A program made the translations under genes and the position numbers. A stretch of DNA of 57,599 bases, taken from assembly GCA_938008015.1 (NCBI GenBank), contig CALLMA010000021.1:1-57599 (forward strand), written 5' to 3'. A model generated the notes under the pieces. That model saw nothing but the letters and a program-made list of their open reading frames with translations. It was not told the DNA's origin and did not search any database. This DNA is from an uncultured Celeribacter sp. (GTDB lineage: Bacteria > Pseudomonadota > Alphaproteobacteria > Rhodobacterales > Rhodobacteraceae). Of this stretch, positions 19,627-29,340 are shown piece by piece. Position 1 is the stretch's first letter; every line of letters begins with the position of its first letter.

Positions 19627-20655
19627 GTGATTAGAATAGCGACTTATAATGTAGAATGGTTTGATAATCTTTTTGATCATGATGGCGCGCTGCTCTTAGA
19701 TGATCGATGGTCTTCGCGCTACAATGTCACTCGAAAAATGCAATTGGAGGCTTTAAAGACCGTATTTACGGCATTAGACGCCGATGCAATAATGGTGATT
19801 GAAGCGCCTGATACCAGCCGCTCACGCGAAACGAGACGCGCTTTAGAGCAATTTGCCGATTGGGCGGGTTTGCGTGCGAATACAATTCAAACGGGTTTTA
19901 TTAGTCATACGCAACAAGAAATTGCCTTGATGTATGATCCGCTGTTACTGCGTGTGCGGCATGATCCTCAAGGTGTCAAAAACGACACGAATCTACCGGC
20001 TTTTAACACAGAGTTCAGGGCGGATTTGGGCAATGGGGAGGATGAGCGCGCGCATTTCTCAAAGCCTCCTTTAGAGCTAGACGTGGAGCACCGTGTCTCA
20101 GGTGAACGCTTGCGTTTGATGGGGGTACATATCAAATCCAAAGCGCCGCATGGGGCGAAAGGCGCGCTTGAGGTGGCTCAGGTGTCGTTGGAAAATCGGC
20201 GCAAGCAACTGGCGCAATCTATTTGGATTAGAGAGCGCGTCAAAGAGCATTTAGATGCGAATGATCCTTTAATTGTTTTAGGGGATTTTAATGATGGCAT
20301 TGGATTCGATACGTTTGAATCGCTTCTTGGACGCTCAAGCATTGAAGTCATAATGGGGCTGGATGCGCATAAGCCAGAAAAAGAGCTTATCTTGTATGAG
20401 CCACATGCTTTACATCATCAAAGATCGCCATCAAATGCGCCGACGTCCGCGCGATTTTACAAACCGAAACGCCAAGAGTATCACTCTGTTTTGATTGATT
20501 ATGTGATGGTCTCACAAAATTTGCGCAGCAATGCATCATGGCGCATTTGGAACCCTCTTGAGGATGGAGGGCTGCAAGCGAATGAAGCGCTCGCACAAGC
20601 GCTTCTAACGGCATCAGATCACTTCCCTGTGAGTGTTGATTTACCTTTAGGTTAG
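19627..20655 (+). CDS. Endonuclease/exonuclease/phosphatase family protein
   Basis: RIATYNVEW, VHIKSK, LGDFND, IDYVMVS, SDHFPV. Confidence 0.9.
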   Translation: MIRIATYNVEWFDNLFDHDGALLLDDRWSSRYNVTRKMQLEALKTVFTALDADAIMVIEAPDTSRSRETRRALEQFADWAGLRANTIQTGFISHTQQEIALMYDPLLLRVRHDPQGVKNDTNLPAFNTEFRADLGNGEDERAHFSKPPLELDVEHRVSGERLRLMGVHIKSKAPHGAKGALEVAQVSLENRRKQLAQSIWIRERVKEHLDANDPLIVLGDFNDGIGFDTFESLLGRSSIEVIMGLDAHKPEKELILYEPHALHHQRSPSNAPTSARFYKPKRQEYHSVLIDYVMVSQNLRSNASWRIWNPLEDGGLQANEALAQALLTASDHFPVSVDLPLG

Positions 20656-22226
20656 AGGCGCATCTTTTTGATGAGCATTTCAGCGCCCAAGCTATTGGCA
20701 AGCGATTGAAAACGCGCTTGTGCCACTTCGCCATAAAGATCTCTGCCCTCAGCGGATAAAGATAAAATGAGTTTCTTTTTGCGCGGTTTAAACGTGATTT
20801 TTGCAATGTTCGCAAGATTTTTTGATGTAAACATTGAGCCAAATCTCATCGCCTTGCCTAAAACTTCGGCTTCATTAATTTCATGCTCTTCGAGCATTGA
20901 AAACAGTGGAGCGAAGGTTGAATTATCTCGGCTGTTTTTATAGCGGTGCAAAAGTGCAAGGCCGAGATAAATGCGCTCCTTATGGGTCAATCCGCCGAGA
21001 TTGGCGCGCGTCGCATTATCAAAACAGACTTCCGCACGGTAATCTGGATGAGCCCGCCAAGAGACATCATGAAGCAGACATGCAGCTCGAATGATGCGCC
21101 GCTTTGCTAAGCTATGTTTCCCAAAAATGGGTTCAATGAAATTATGAAGCTGCTTGCCAAACCCGGGCTGGCGCGCGTCGTTATGTTCCGAGAGGCGGCA
21201 GGCTTCGATCAATGGATCGCGCTGGCGAATATTTTCCGGCATTTGCTCATATAAAAGACCTTCTCGAATGCCATAGGAGGAGACACAAATTTCGTTTGGC
21301 TTAAATGTGCGTACCAATTTTCTCAAAACTTCAGAGGCTAAAGGGACGAGGGCCATCCGTGCAGATGATGTGCCTGTTGCACCTTTTATCGCGTTGAGAT
21401 CGTTCTCTTTGATGAATTGAATTGTTTTATTAATGTCTTTTATGCTCATGCGATATTCATGCAAAACATGCAGTGGATAGCCGCGCCTATGCATATCGAT
21501 GCGCGCAATCGCACGCCATGAACCACCGACTAGATAAATACGCTTGTGATCGGTGCCAACAGTTTGCGCAAGTTCCGCCATAATGGGCGCAATGTGTTCT
21601 CTCAGGCCTTTTTTGCCGCCCTTAACGGCTTGAAGCTTTAAGGGCGCGAGGGGAGAGGTCACGCATTGCCCAACGCGGCCGTCATTAACAACCGCCAATT
21701 CCATAGAAGATCCACCAATGTCACAGACAAGACCTTTCGCATCAGGCCATCCTAATAGAACGCCTTGTGCCGTCAGGCGGGCCTCTTCTTTGCCGTCAAT
21801 GACAGTAATCTGTAGCCCCGTTTCTTGTTCGACGAGATTTTGGAACTCTGGCCCATCGGAAGCTTCACGCACGGCAGCTGTTGCAACGGCGCTCAGTGCT
21901 TTAATCCCCATACCTTGTGCCAGCATCTGAAAGCGCTTGATGGCATTTAAGGCGCGGATGCGTCCTTTGGGATTGAGGTGGCCTGTCTCTGGCAATCCTG
22001 CCCCTAGGGCGCATAAAATTTTCTCGTTGTAAAAATAAGCAGGTGAACGGGCTGCACCATCGAAGATAACCAGTCGAACAGAATTTGAGCCAACATCAAC
22101 AACGCCAACGCGCGAGAGCGCGCGCGCCTGATCATCAAGAAAGAGAGGGCGCCCAAATATGCCCCATTCAGATTGCATTGCTGTCGTCTCTAATGCATCT
22201 GTTTTTTCTGAAATATTGGAACCCAC
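20652..22226 (-). CDS. ppx: Ppx/GppA exopolyphosphatase
   Basis: VVDVGSNSVRL, ATAAVREA, DIGGSSMEL, GIREGLL, LLHD. Confidence 0.94.
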   Translation of the reverse strand: MGSNISEKTDALETTAMQSEWGIFGRPLFLDDQARALSRVGVVDVGSNSVRLVIFDGAARSPAYFYNEKILCALGAGLPETGHLNPKGRIRALNAIKRFQMLAQGMGIKALSAVATAAVREASDGPEFQNLVEQETGLQITVIDGKEEARLTAQGVLLGWPDAKGLVCDIGGSSMELAVVNDGRVGQCVTSPLAPLKLQAVKGGKKGLREHIAPIMAELAQTVGTDHKRIYLVGGSWRAIARIDMHRRGYPLHVLHEYRMSIKDINKTIQFIKENDLNAIKGATGTSSARMALVPLASEVLRKLVRTFKPNEICVSSYGIREGLLYEQMPENIRQRDPLIEACRLSEHNDARQPGFGKQLHNFIEPIFGKHSLAKRRIIRAACLLHDVSWRAHPDYRAEVCFDNATRANLGGLTHKERIYLGLALLHRYKNSRDNSTFAPLFSMLEEHEINEAEVLGKAMRFGSMFTSKNLANIAKITFKPRKKKLILSLSAEGRDLYGEVAQARFQSLANSLGAEMLIKKMRL

Positions 22227-22341
22227 AGTTTATCCCTTGTTTCTTACTGGAGGATGCATGTTGCTCCCCAAAACATACATACTGATCTCAACCACTCTAA
22301 TGGCAAAGATTAAACTTGTCTATTTAGGAAGTGTCACGCCC

Positions 22342-23031
22342 TTAATCCGATAAATTATCGTTTAAAATATCAGCAGCGTATTTGCGCGTGATTGATTTTT
22401 GATCCCGAAGAGCAGATTTATCGAGTTGTTCTACAATATTGAGAGCTGCGTCAGCTGAGCGCTCCATGCGCTTGATGATAAATTCTATTAAGGGCGCTGA
22501 GACGGCGAGCTGACGATCTCCGAACAGTTTGATGAGAATGGCGCCGAGAAGCTGATCATCTGGTGCATTTATTTTGGCAACTGTTGTGCCTTGCATGCGC
22601 GATGCAAGATCTGGCAAGCCTATTGTCCAATGATTGGGGGCCAAACGCGCCGTTATCAAAAGTCGTCCCCCTTCAGCTAGCGTGAGATTATGCAAATGAA
22701 AAAGCGCTTTTTCTAATTCAGCTGCATTCGCAAACGTGCTTATGAGATCAACGTCTTCGACGACAATATGACCATGCGATGCGAACATCGGAATATCTGC
22801 GCTGAGAAGTTCAAAGGCAGGCAAAATAATGGCATCATGCTCATTCGCCCACACATGTGCGAGATGCGTTTTTCCTGCGCCTTTTGGCCCACATAATACA
22901 AGCTTGCCAGAAGGCCAGTTTTGCGGGGTTTCTAAGGTCGCAAGCGCAATTGCATTGGAGGGCGAAACAAAAAATGCTTCGCGTCCCAAAGCCTCACGGC
23001 TCGGCAGTTTGAATGTGAGCTGTTCTGCCAT
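22342..23031 (-). CDS. hdaA: DnaA-like AAA+ protein (HdaA, DnaA regulatory inactivator)
   Basis: N-terminal QLTF clamp-binding-like motif, GPKGAGKTHL, LFHLHN, LPDLASR, MERS. Confidence 0.85.
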   Translation of the reverse strand: MAEQLTFKLPSREALGREAFFVSPSNAIALATLETPQNWPSGKLVLCGPKGAGKTHLAHVWANEHDAIILPAFELLSADIPMFASHGHIVVEDVDLISTFANAAELEKALFHLHNLTLAEGGRLLITARLAPNHWTIGLPDLASRMQGTTVAKINAPDDQLLGAILIKLFGDRQLAVSAPLIEFIIKRMERSADAALNIVEQLDKSALRDQKSITRKYAADILNDNLSD

Positions 23032-24207
23032 TTATTCCTCAAAGGACGCTTGAGTGGGGGCTTTGGCGCGGTTTGGATCCGTGGGCGCAATGTCTTCAAT
23101 GGTATCTTCTGGGCCTTCTAAGCCCCGATACAGGCGCGAGCTGTGATATTGGGTGATCGCAAATCGCATTAAAACGCCGATGCTTGCGGCAACAGGCACA
23201 GCGATAAGCATCCCCACGAAGCCAAAAAGCGTGCCAAAAGCTGAGAGAGCAAAAATCAACCATACCGGATGTAATCCGATAGATGTTCCAACGAGTTTTG
23301 GCGTTAAAATATTGCCTTCAAGAAACTGACCTGCCGCAAATATAGCGACAACGATCAAGATACGCGTCCAATCGGTTGCAACGATGACTTCATTCCCATC
23401 AATGATTTCTACGCCGCCCCAAAACTGAAATAACGCCAAGCCTATAGAAAGCGCACCGCCGACCAGAGCGCCCACATAAGGAATGAAAGTCAATGCGCCT
23501 GCGATTGAGCCAGCAATAAGGCCAAATTTAAGCCCAGCAATCATCAGCGCAATAGCATAGAATGAGCCTAAAATAAGACAAACAGTTCCTTGACCGCGAA
23601 TAAAGGCCGCGATTGTTTTATTAATATCACCAACAAGTTTGCGAATGATGGGCGCATGATCGCGAGGGATTAGCTTGTCGATTTCTGCTGTCATGCGATC
23701 CCAATCGAGCAAGAGATAGAAGGTGATCACAGGAACTAAAACAATGAGAACAAGAATGTGAACAACGCCAAGTGCGGAGTTGAAGACGGTTGAAATCAAT
23801 GTCCCACTGCGCGCGCTGATGGTTTCGCCGATTTGCACAAGGCCTTGATGGACACGGCTTGATTCATCAAAAATTTGCGGAAGGCGCGCTTCAAGAAAAC
23901 GAATGAAGTTGCTGAAAAGTTCCGGGGCAATATTTACCAACTCAGCGCTTTGCTGAATGAGGGTTGAAATCACAATAATTAAGAGCGGAATGACGATAAG
24001 CGCTGCAGAGACTGTAATAATAACAGTTGATAAAACACGGCTCAGCCCCAGCTTTTCTAAGCGATCTGCAATAGGATCAAGCATATAAGCCAGCGCCATC
24101 GCCATCACAAAGGGCAAAATCACATTGCCTAGAAAGACAAGAATAAGCACGAATACCAACGTGGTGATACCCCAGTATTTAACTTGTTCTCTTACAGGTA
24201 GTGCCAT
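23032..24207 (-). CDS. AI-2E family (PerM-like) transporter
   Basis: LAYMLDP, FYLLLDW, FIRGQ, FIPYVG, QFLEGNILTPKLVG..LHP. Confidence 0.93.
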   Translation of the reverse strand: MALPVREQVKYWGITTLVFVLILVFLGNVILPFVMAMALAYMLDPIADRLEKLGLSRVLSTVIITVSAALIVIPLLIIVISTLIQQSAELVNIAPELFSNFIRFLEARLPQIFDESSRVHQGLVQIGETISARSGTLISTVFNSALGVVHILVLIVLVPVITFYLLLDWDRMTAEIDKLIPRDHAPIIRKLVGDINKTIAAFIRGQGTVCLILGSFYAIALMIAGLKFGLIAGSIAGALTFIPYVGALVGGALSIGLALFQFWGGVEIIDGNEVIVATDWTRILIVVAIFAAGQFLEGNILTPKLVGTSIGLHPVWLIFALSAFGTLFGFVGMLIAVPVAASIGVLMRFAITQYHSSRLYRGLEGPEDTIEDIAPTDPNRAKAPTQASFEE

Positions 24208-24350
24208 TATGTTATACCTTTTTCATCACATGCAGGCCCGCGTGTGGATGTTGCATTTTCATCCGAGCCTATCGTTGCTTTCACTTGTTTGTTGTTATGC
24301 GATAGAATAGAGGAAAGGAAAGCAGATATTTTTAAAAAAGGACAGCAATC

Positions 24351-25688
24351 ATGCGTCTATCTCGGTATTTTTTACCTGTATTGAAAGAAACGCCAGCAGA
24401 AGCACAAATTGTATCACATCGTTTGATGCTGCGTGCCGGCATGATCCGCCAACAATCTGCGGGCATATACTCATGGTTGCCGCTTGGGTATAAAGTGCTC
24501 AAGAAAATCGAACAAATTGTTCATGAAGAGCAGCAAAAAGCAGGGCATATCCCTTTGTTGATGCCAACATTGCAATCCGCTGATCTTTGGAGAGAAAGCG
24601 GGCGATATGAGGCTTATGGTGATGAGTTGTTGCGTATGCAAGATCGTCATGGCCGCGATATGCTCTTCTCTCCGACAGCTGAAGAGATGTTCACAGATGT
24701 TTTCCGCTCTTATGTGAAATCCTATAAAGATTTGCCCCTTACGCTTTATCAAATTCAATGGAAATTCCGCGATGAAGTGCGTCCACGTTTTGGTGTGATG
24801 CGCGGCCGTGAGTTTTTGATGAAAGACGGGTATAACTTCGATCTGACGAAAGAAGACGCTCTTCATGCGTATAATCGCCACTTAGTGACATATTTGCGCA
24901 CTTATGAGCGCATGGGGCTACAAGCGATTCCAATGCGGGCAGATTCCGGCCCAATTGGCGGCGAAAATACGCATGAATTCCTTGTTTTGGCTGATACAGG
25001 CGAAAGTGAAGTCTTTTATGATAGCGAAATCACAGATTTAACATTCGGTGATCGTGATATTGATTTTGACAACGTCGAGCAGTGCCAAGGTGTGCTTGAA
25101 GAATTTACTTCGCGATATGCACGCACGGATGAGACGCATGATGCGGCCCTATTTGCGGAAGTTCCAGCAGAACGCCAGCGCACCGCACGTGGCATTGAAG
25201 TGGGTCAAATCTTCTATTTTGGAACAAAATATTCTGAGAGCATGGGTGCGAGCGTGCAAAATTCAGATGGTAAGCCTGTGCCGGTTCATATGGGTTCTCA
25301 TGGTATCGGTGTGTCGCGCTTACTGGGCGCGATTATTGAGGCAAGCCATGATGAAAAGGGCATCATCTGGCCAGAAGGGGTCACGCCTTTCCATGTTGGC
25401 ATTATCAATCTGAAAACGGGTGATGAAGCTGCCGATGAGGCCAGTGAAACTCTCTATAAGAGTTTTGAAGCGCTTGGGCTCGAGCCTTTATATGATGATC
25501 GCAAAATGGGCGCGGGTGGCAAATTCGCGTCAATGGATCTCATTGGATTGCCATGGCGCATCACAGTGGGCCCGAGGGGGCTTAAAAACGGCGTTGTCGA
25601 GGTGACATGCCGTAAGACAGGCGAAAGCGAAGAAATGACGCCGGAGCTCGCGGTCGAAAAAATCGCAAAAATCTATAAAAAAGCATAA
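24351..25688 (+). CDS. proS: Proline--tRNA ligase (short alphaproteobacterial form)
   Basis: [49 protein letters not shown]. Confidence 0.98.
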   Translation: MRLSRYFLPVLKETPAEAQIVSHRLMLRAGMIRQQSAGIYSWLPLGYKVLKKIEQIVHEEQQKAGHIPLLMPTLQSADLWRESGRYEAYGDELLRMQDRHGRDMLFSPTAEEMFTDVFRSYVKSYKDLPLTLYQIQWKFRDEVRPRFGVMRGREFLMKDGYNFDLTKEDALHAYNRHLVTYLRTYERMGLQAIPMRADSGPIGGENTHEFLVLADTGESEVFYDSEITDLTFGDRDIDFDNVEQCQGVLEEFTSRYARTDETHDAALFAEVPAERQRTARGIEVGQIFYFGTKYSESMGASVQNSDGKPVPVHMGSHGIGVSRLLGAIIEASHDEKGIIWPEGVTPFHVGIINLKTGDEAADEASETLYKSFEALGLEPLYDDRKMGAGGKFASMDLIGLPWRITVGPRGLKNGVVEVTCRKTGESEEMTPELAVEKIAKIYKKA

Positions 25689-25722
25689 TAGAACACTTCA
25701 TTCTATTGGTGCTGAAGTTTTG

Positions 25723-25755
25723 AAAGCGCTCTCTTGTTTAGGGGGCGCTTTTTTA
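25723..25755 (+). terminator. Intrinsic terminator after proS, upstream of the GTA portal gene
   Basis: AAAGCGCTCTCT-TGTTT-AGGGGGCGCTTT plus TTT. Confidence 0.8.
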
Positions 25756-25948
25756 TGTGTTGCACCCGCGGGGCGTCATGCGCTCGCACTGCTTACGGCT
25801 TCTTCGCTTCTTTAAGTTAAAACATTCTCAAGCAGGCAAGAGAGACCCAAATCGGGAAGATCGAGCCACAGGTTCAAAAGAGGGATGTTCAGCTCCGTAG
25901 GGTTGAATGTTCCATCTGGATTGAAAAGCATGAGAGGTAGCCAGAATT

Positions 25949-27250
25949 ATGGTATTCGACTTTCTAAAGCAAGGAACGAGAACGAAGGCGCAGTTTGCAG
26001 ATGAAGCAAAAGCTTCCGCAAGCGGGCGTGTGATTGCAGCAAATTTTGGTGCGGGGCGTCCGGCTTGGAGCGCGCGTGATACAACAAGCTTAACGCGTAT
26101 TGGTTTCACTCAAAATCCCGTTGGATTTCGCTGCGTCAAACTGATCAGTGAAGCCGCCGCCGCCTTGCCATTTATACTGCAAAACGCACAAGAGCGCTTT
26201 GAAACCCATCCTATGTTGGCAATTCTCTCGCGTCCAAATCAAATGCAAGGGCGCGCGGAATTTCTTGAAGCGCTATATGCGCAGATGCTTCTTTCAGGCG
26301 ATAGCTATATTGAGGCCGTTGGTGCAGATGAGCGTTTGCCTCGAGAACTTCATGTTTTGCGCTCAGATCGCATGCGTGTTGTGCCGGGCAAAGATGGTTG
26401 GCCGATTGGCTATGAATATAGTGTTGGCGCTGCCAAGCATCGCTTTGCAATCATCGATGAATATTCGCCAATCTGTCATATTAAATCCTTTAATCCGAGT
26501 GATGATCATTATGGGCTGTCGCCATTTCAAGCCGCAGCAAGTGCGCTTGATATTCATAATTCAGCCTCGAGTTGGTCAAAAGCTTTGCTTGATAACGCCG
26601 CGCGACCATCGGGGGCGATTGTCTACCGGGGAGAAGAGGGGCAAGGCACATTGAGCCCTGATCAATATGATCGTCTGCTCAGCGAGATGGAAAATCACCA
26701 TCAAGGTGTGCGCAATGCGGGCCGGCCGATGCTGCTCGAAGGCGGTCTTGATTGGCGCCCTATGGGAATGAGCCCTTCAGATATGGAGTTCCAAAAGACC
26801 AAAGAAGCAGCTTCGCGGGAAGTGGCCTTAGCTTTTGGCGTGCCACCGATGCTTTTAGGCATTCCAGGGGATGCGACTTATAATAATTATCAAGAAGCCA
26901 ATCGTGCTTTTTATAGGCTAACGGTCTTACCGCTGGTTTCTAAAGTGCTGGGGGCTTTAGGGCATTGGCTGTCAGAAATGTCGGGGGAAGAGCTCGAATT
27001 ACGGACGGATTTAGATCAAGTGCCGGCCTTAGCAAGTGAGCGCGAAGCGCAGTGGAAAAGAATTTCACAGGCCGATTTTCTAAGTGACCATGAAAAGCGG
27101 ATGCTTTTGGGTTTGCCGGCTGTTTCTCTTGGTGGGATAGAAGATTCCCAGTTCGAAGATACACAAGCTGCTGCTCATGAAGAAAGCTTGGAGGATGAAA
27201 ATGGACAAGATTTTCAAACACAATCAGATTTAGAAAAGGCTGAGGGCTAA
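25949..27250 (+). CDS. GTA portal protein (HK97 family, g3-like)
   Basis: NPVGFRCV, LRSDRM, DDHYGLSP, LLDNAARPSGA, LLEGGLDW, AFGVPPMLLGIPGDATY.NYQEA. Confidence 0.96.
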   Translation: MVFDFLKQGTRTKAQFADEAKASASGRVIAANFGAGRPAWSARDTTSLTRIGFTQNPVGFRCVKLISEAAAALPFILQNAQERFETHPMLAILSRPNQMQGRAEFLEALYAQMLLSGDSYIEAVGADERLPRELHVLRSDRMRVVPGKDGWPIGYEYSVGAAKHRFAIIDEYSPICHIKSFNPSDDHYGLSPFQAAASALDIHNSASSWSKALLDNAARPSGAIVYRGEEGQGTLSPDQYDRLLSEMENHHQGVRNAGRPMLLEGGLDWRPMGMSPSDMEFQKTKEAASREVALAFGVPPMLLGIPGDATYNNYQEANRAFYRLTVLPLVSKVLGALGHWLSEMSGEELELRTDLDQVPALASEREAQWKRISQADFLSDHEKRMLLGLPAVSLGGIEDSQFEDTQAAAHEESLEDENGQDFQTQSDLEKAEG

Positions 27251-27253
27251 AAG

Positions 27254-27850
27254 ATGAATATGTATTGTGATTATCAAGGTGCTTTAGAACATAAATTTGC
27301 GCGCTTGGGGGAAGATATTCAGATAGTAGATGGCGTACACATCTCGGGATATGCGTCTTTATTTGGTCATAAAGATAAAGGTGGCGATGTCGTCGCAAAA
27401 GGGGCTTATAAGCACTCATTGCGGCATCTCGAGAAACACAATCGTTCCGTTAAGATGCTTTGGCAACATGATCCATCAAAGCCCATAGGCGTTTGGGATG
27501 AAGTTTATGAAGATGAAAAAGGCCTTTTTGTGAAGGGGCGTATTTTAAGTGAGCTCAAACAAGGGCGCGAAGCGATTACTTTGATTGAAGCGGGTGCCAT
27601 TGATGGGCGTTCCATTGGCTACCGTACTTTGAAGGCGCATAAAGATAAACAAGCGCAGAGAATTTTGACAGATTTAGAGCTGTGGGAGGTGTCTCTAGTG
27701 ACATTTCCAATGCTGCCGGAGGCGAGATTAGAGACGCGAAGGCAAGAAGCTGAAGCGAAGTCTGACAATATCTTGCGAGATGAGGCGGCTGATATTCTTT
27801 CATCGATTAAAGAGGCGCGCCAAATGCTCCGATCTGTGATTGCAAAATGA
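27254..27850 (+). CDS. GTA prohead protease (HK97 family, g4-like)
   Basis: GYASLFG..D.GGDVV..GA, MLWQHD..KPIGVW, IDGRSIGY, LWEVSLVTFPM. Confidence 0.95.
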   Translation: MNMYCDYQGALEHKFARLGEDIQIVDGVHISGYASLFGHKDKGGDVVAKGAYKHSLRHLEKHNRSVKMLWQHDPSKPIGVWDEVYEDEKGLFVKGRILSELKQGREAITLIEAGAIDGRSIGYRTLKAHKDKQAQRILTDLELWEVSLVTFPMLPEARLETRRQEAEAKSDNILRDEAADILSSIKEARQMLRSVIAK

Positions 27851-27884
27851 GCTAAGCCACTCCGCTTGGTGTAAATTTTCAATC

Positions 27885-27969
27885 TCAAACAAGGGCCTAT
27901 TTTATACAAAGGCCTAGCTCAAACAAAGGTCAATTTCAAACAAAGGCCAGTTTCAAACAAAGGAATGAC
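27885..27969 (+). repeat. Five imperfect 17-bp tandem repeats (core TCAAACAAAGG) ending in the capsid-gene RBS
   Basis: TCAAACAAGGGCCTATT, TTATACAAAGGCCTAGC, TCAAACAAAGGTCAATT, TCAAACAAAGGCCAGTT, TCAAACAAAGGAATGAC starting at 27885, 27902, 27919, 27936, 27953. Confidence 0.9.
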
Positions 27970-27971
27970 AT

Positions 27972-29177
27972 ATGAAAATAACCGAGACAAAGGCTCGGGG
28001 TGGTCTCTCTATGCCTACCCAAAACTTTGAACCCGTGGGAGAAATAAAAAATGCTCTTTCTGGGTTCGTTCAAGACCTCACGACATTTCAAAGCGAAATA
28101 AAAACGAAACTCAACAAACAGGAAGAGCGTTTATCCATGCTTGATCAAAAATCTCATATCATTTCCCGCCCCGTTTTATCTGCGGCCCAAGATCTCGATT
28201 TGTCGCATAAGTCGGCAATGGAAACATATGTTCGAAACGGCGATGATGATGATCTGCGCGGTCTCGGATTAGAAGGCAAGTCTATGTCAACGGCCGTTAA
28301 TGGCGATGGGGGCTATCTCGTTGATCCGCAGACATCTGATGTCATTAAGTCCACACTGCAATCGACGGCCTCCATTCGTTCGATTTCAAATGTCGTCAAT
28401 GTTGAGGCGACGTCTTACGATGTTTTGATTGATACAAGTGATGTTGGCTCTGGTTGGGTGACGGAAACAGGGACATTGAGCGAGACGGCAACGCCGACAA
28501 TTGATCGTATTTCAATCCCTCTCTATGAGTTGTCAGCCCTTCCTAAAGCGTCTCAGCGCCTTCTTGATGATAGCGCTTTTGATATTGAAGGCTGGCTTGC
28601 AGGGCGTATTGCTGAGAAATTCTCGACTGCAGAAGCTTCAGCCTTCATCAATGGGGATGGCGTTGATAAGCCAAAGGGCTTTCTGAATCACTTGCAGGTA
28701 CTTGATGGTTTCTGGCTCTGGGGGAGCTTGGGATATGTGGTGACAGGGACAGATGGTGACTTTGATCCAAATAATCCAGCGGATTCTATTATTGATCTTG
28801 TCTATGCGCTGGGCGCAAAATACCGCGCAAATGGCACATTCGTGATGAATTCTAAAACGGCAGGACAGGTTCGTAAACTTAAAGATAGCGACGGCCGTTT
28901 CTTATGGAGCGATGGTTTGGCAGCGGGCGAGCCTGCACGTTTACTTGGCTATCCAGTACTTGTGGCAGAAGATATGCCTGATATCGCTTCTGATGCACCT
29001 GCGATTGCATTTGGTGATTTTGCGGCTGGTTATACAGTTGCCGAACGCCCAGATATTCGCGTGCTGCGCGATCCATTCTCAGCCAAACCTCATGTTCTTT
29101 TCTATGCAACAAAGCGCGTGGGTGGCGATGTGTCTGATTTCTCGGCCATCAAGCTTTTGCGCTTTGGTACGAATTAA
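27972..29177 (+). CDS. GTA major capsid protein (HK97 fold, g5-like)
   Basis: DGGYLVDPQT, ASQRLLDDSAFDIEGWLA, GDGVDKPKGFL, AFGDF, LRDPFSAKPHVLFYATKRVGG. Confidence 0.97.
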   Translation: MKITETKARGGLSMPTQNFEPVGEIKNALSGFVQDLTTFQSEIKTKLNKQEERLSMLDQKSHIISRPVLSAAQDLDLSHKSAMETYVRNGDDDDLRGLGLEGKSMSTAVNGDGGYLVDPQTSDVIKSTLQSTASIRSISNVVNVEATSYDVLIDTSDVGSGWVTETGTLSETATPTIDRISIPLYELSALPKASQRLLDDSAFDIEGWLAGRIAEKFSTAEASAFINGDGVDKPKGFLNHLQVLDGFWLWGSLGYVVTGTDGDFDPNNPADSIIDLVYALGAKYRANGTFVMNSKTAGQVRKLKDSDGRFLWSDGLAAGEPARLLGYPVLVAEDMPDIASDAPAIAFGDFAAGYTVAERPDIRVLRDPFSAKPHVLFYATKRVGGDVSDFSAIKLLRFGTN

Positions 29178-29199
29178 TTGAGCGAGAGCGATTGAGAAA

Positions 29200-29303
29200 T
29201 GTGTTTTGCACGGGTGTCGTGCAAAACACAGTGGATGCGTGATTTTTGGCTGTCGTCTAGCCGTTCTCCCTTCACACAACCAAAGCACAAATTGCGTATC
29301 CAC
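29200..29303 (+). other. Tandem stem-loops between the capsid and adaptor genes
   Basis: Perfect 13-bp stem 29200-29212/29218-29230, then a 15-bp stem with G-U pairs 29231-29245/29289-29303. Confidence 0.7.
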
Positions 29304-29340
29304 GATTATATTGTGATGGGCCGATTTTTGGAGAAAGAAT

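Noticed and set aside
25756-25948. Full CtrA box or clear sigma70 promoter before the portal gene
   Set aside because: Only TTAAGTTAA without 7-nt spacing is present; I could not identify a convincing promoter by eye
27885-27969. 17-bp array as a mini-CRISPR or replication iterons
   Set aside because: Variable parts are only about 6 nt and no cas or rep gene is nearby; kept as an unexplained regulatory repeat
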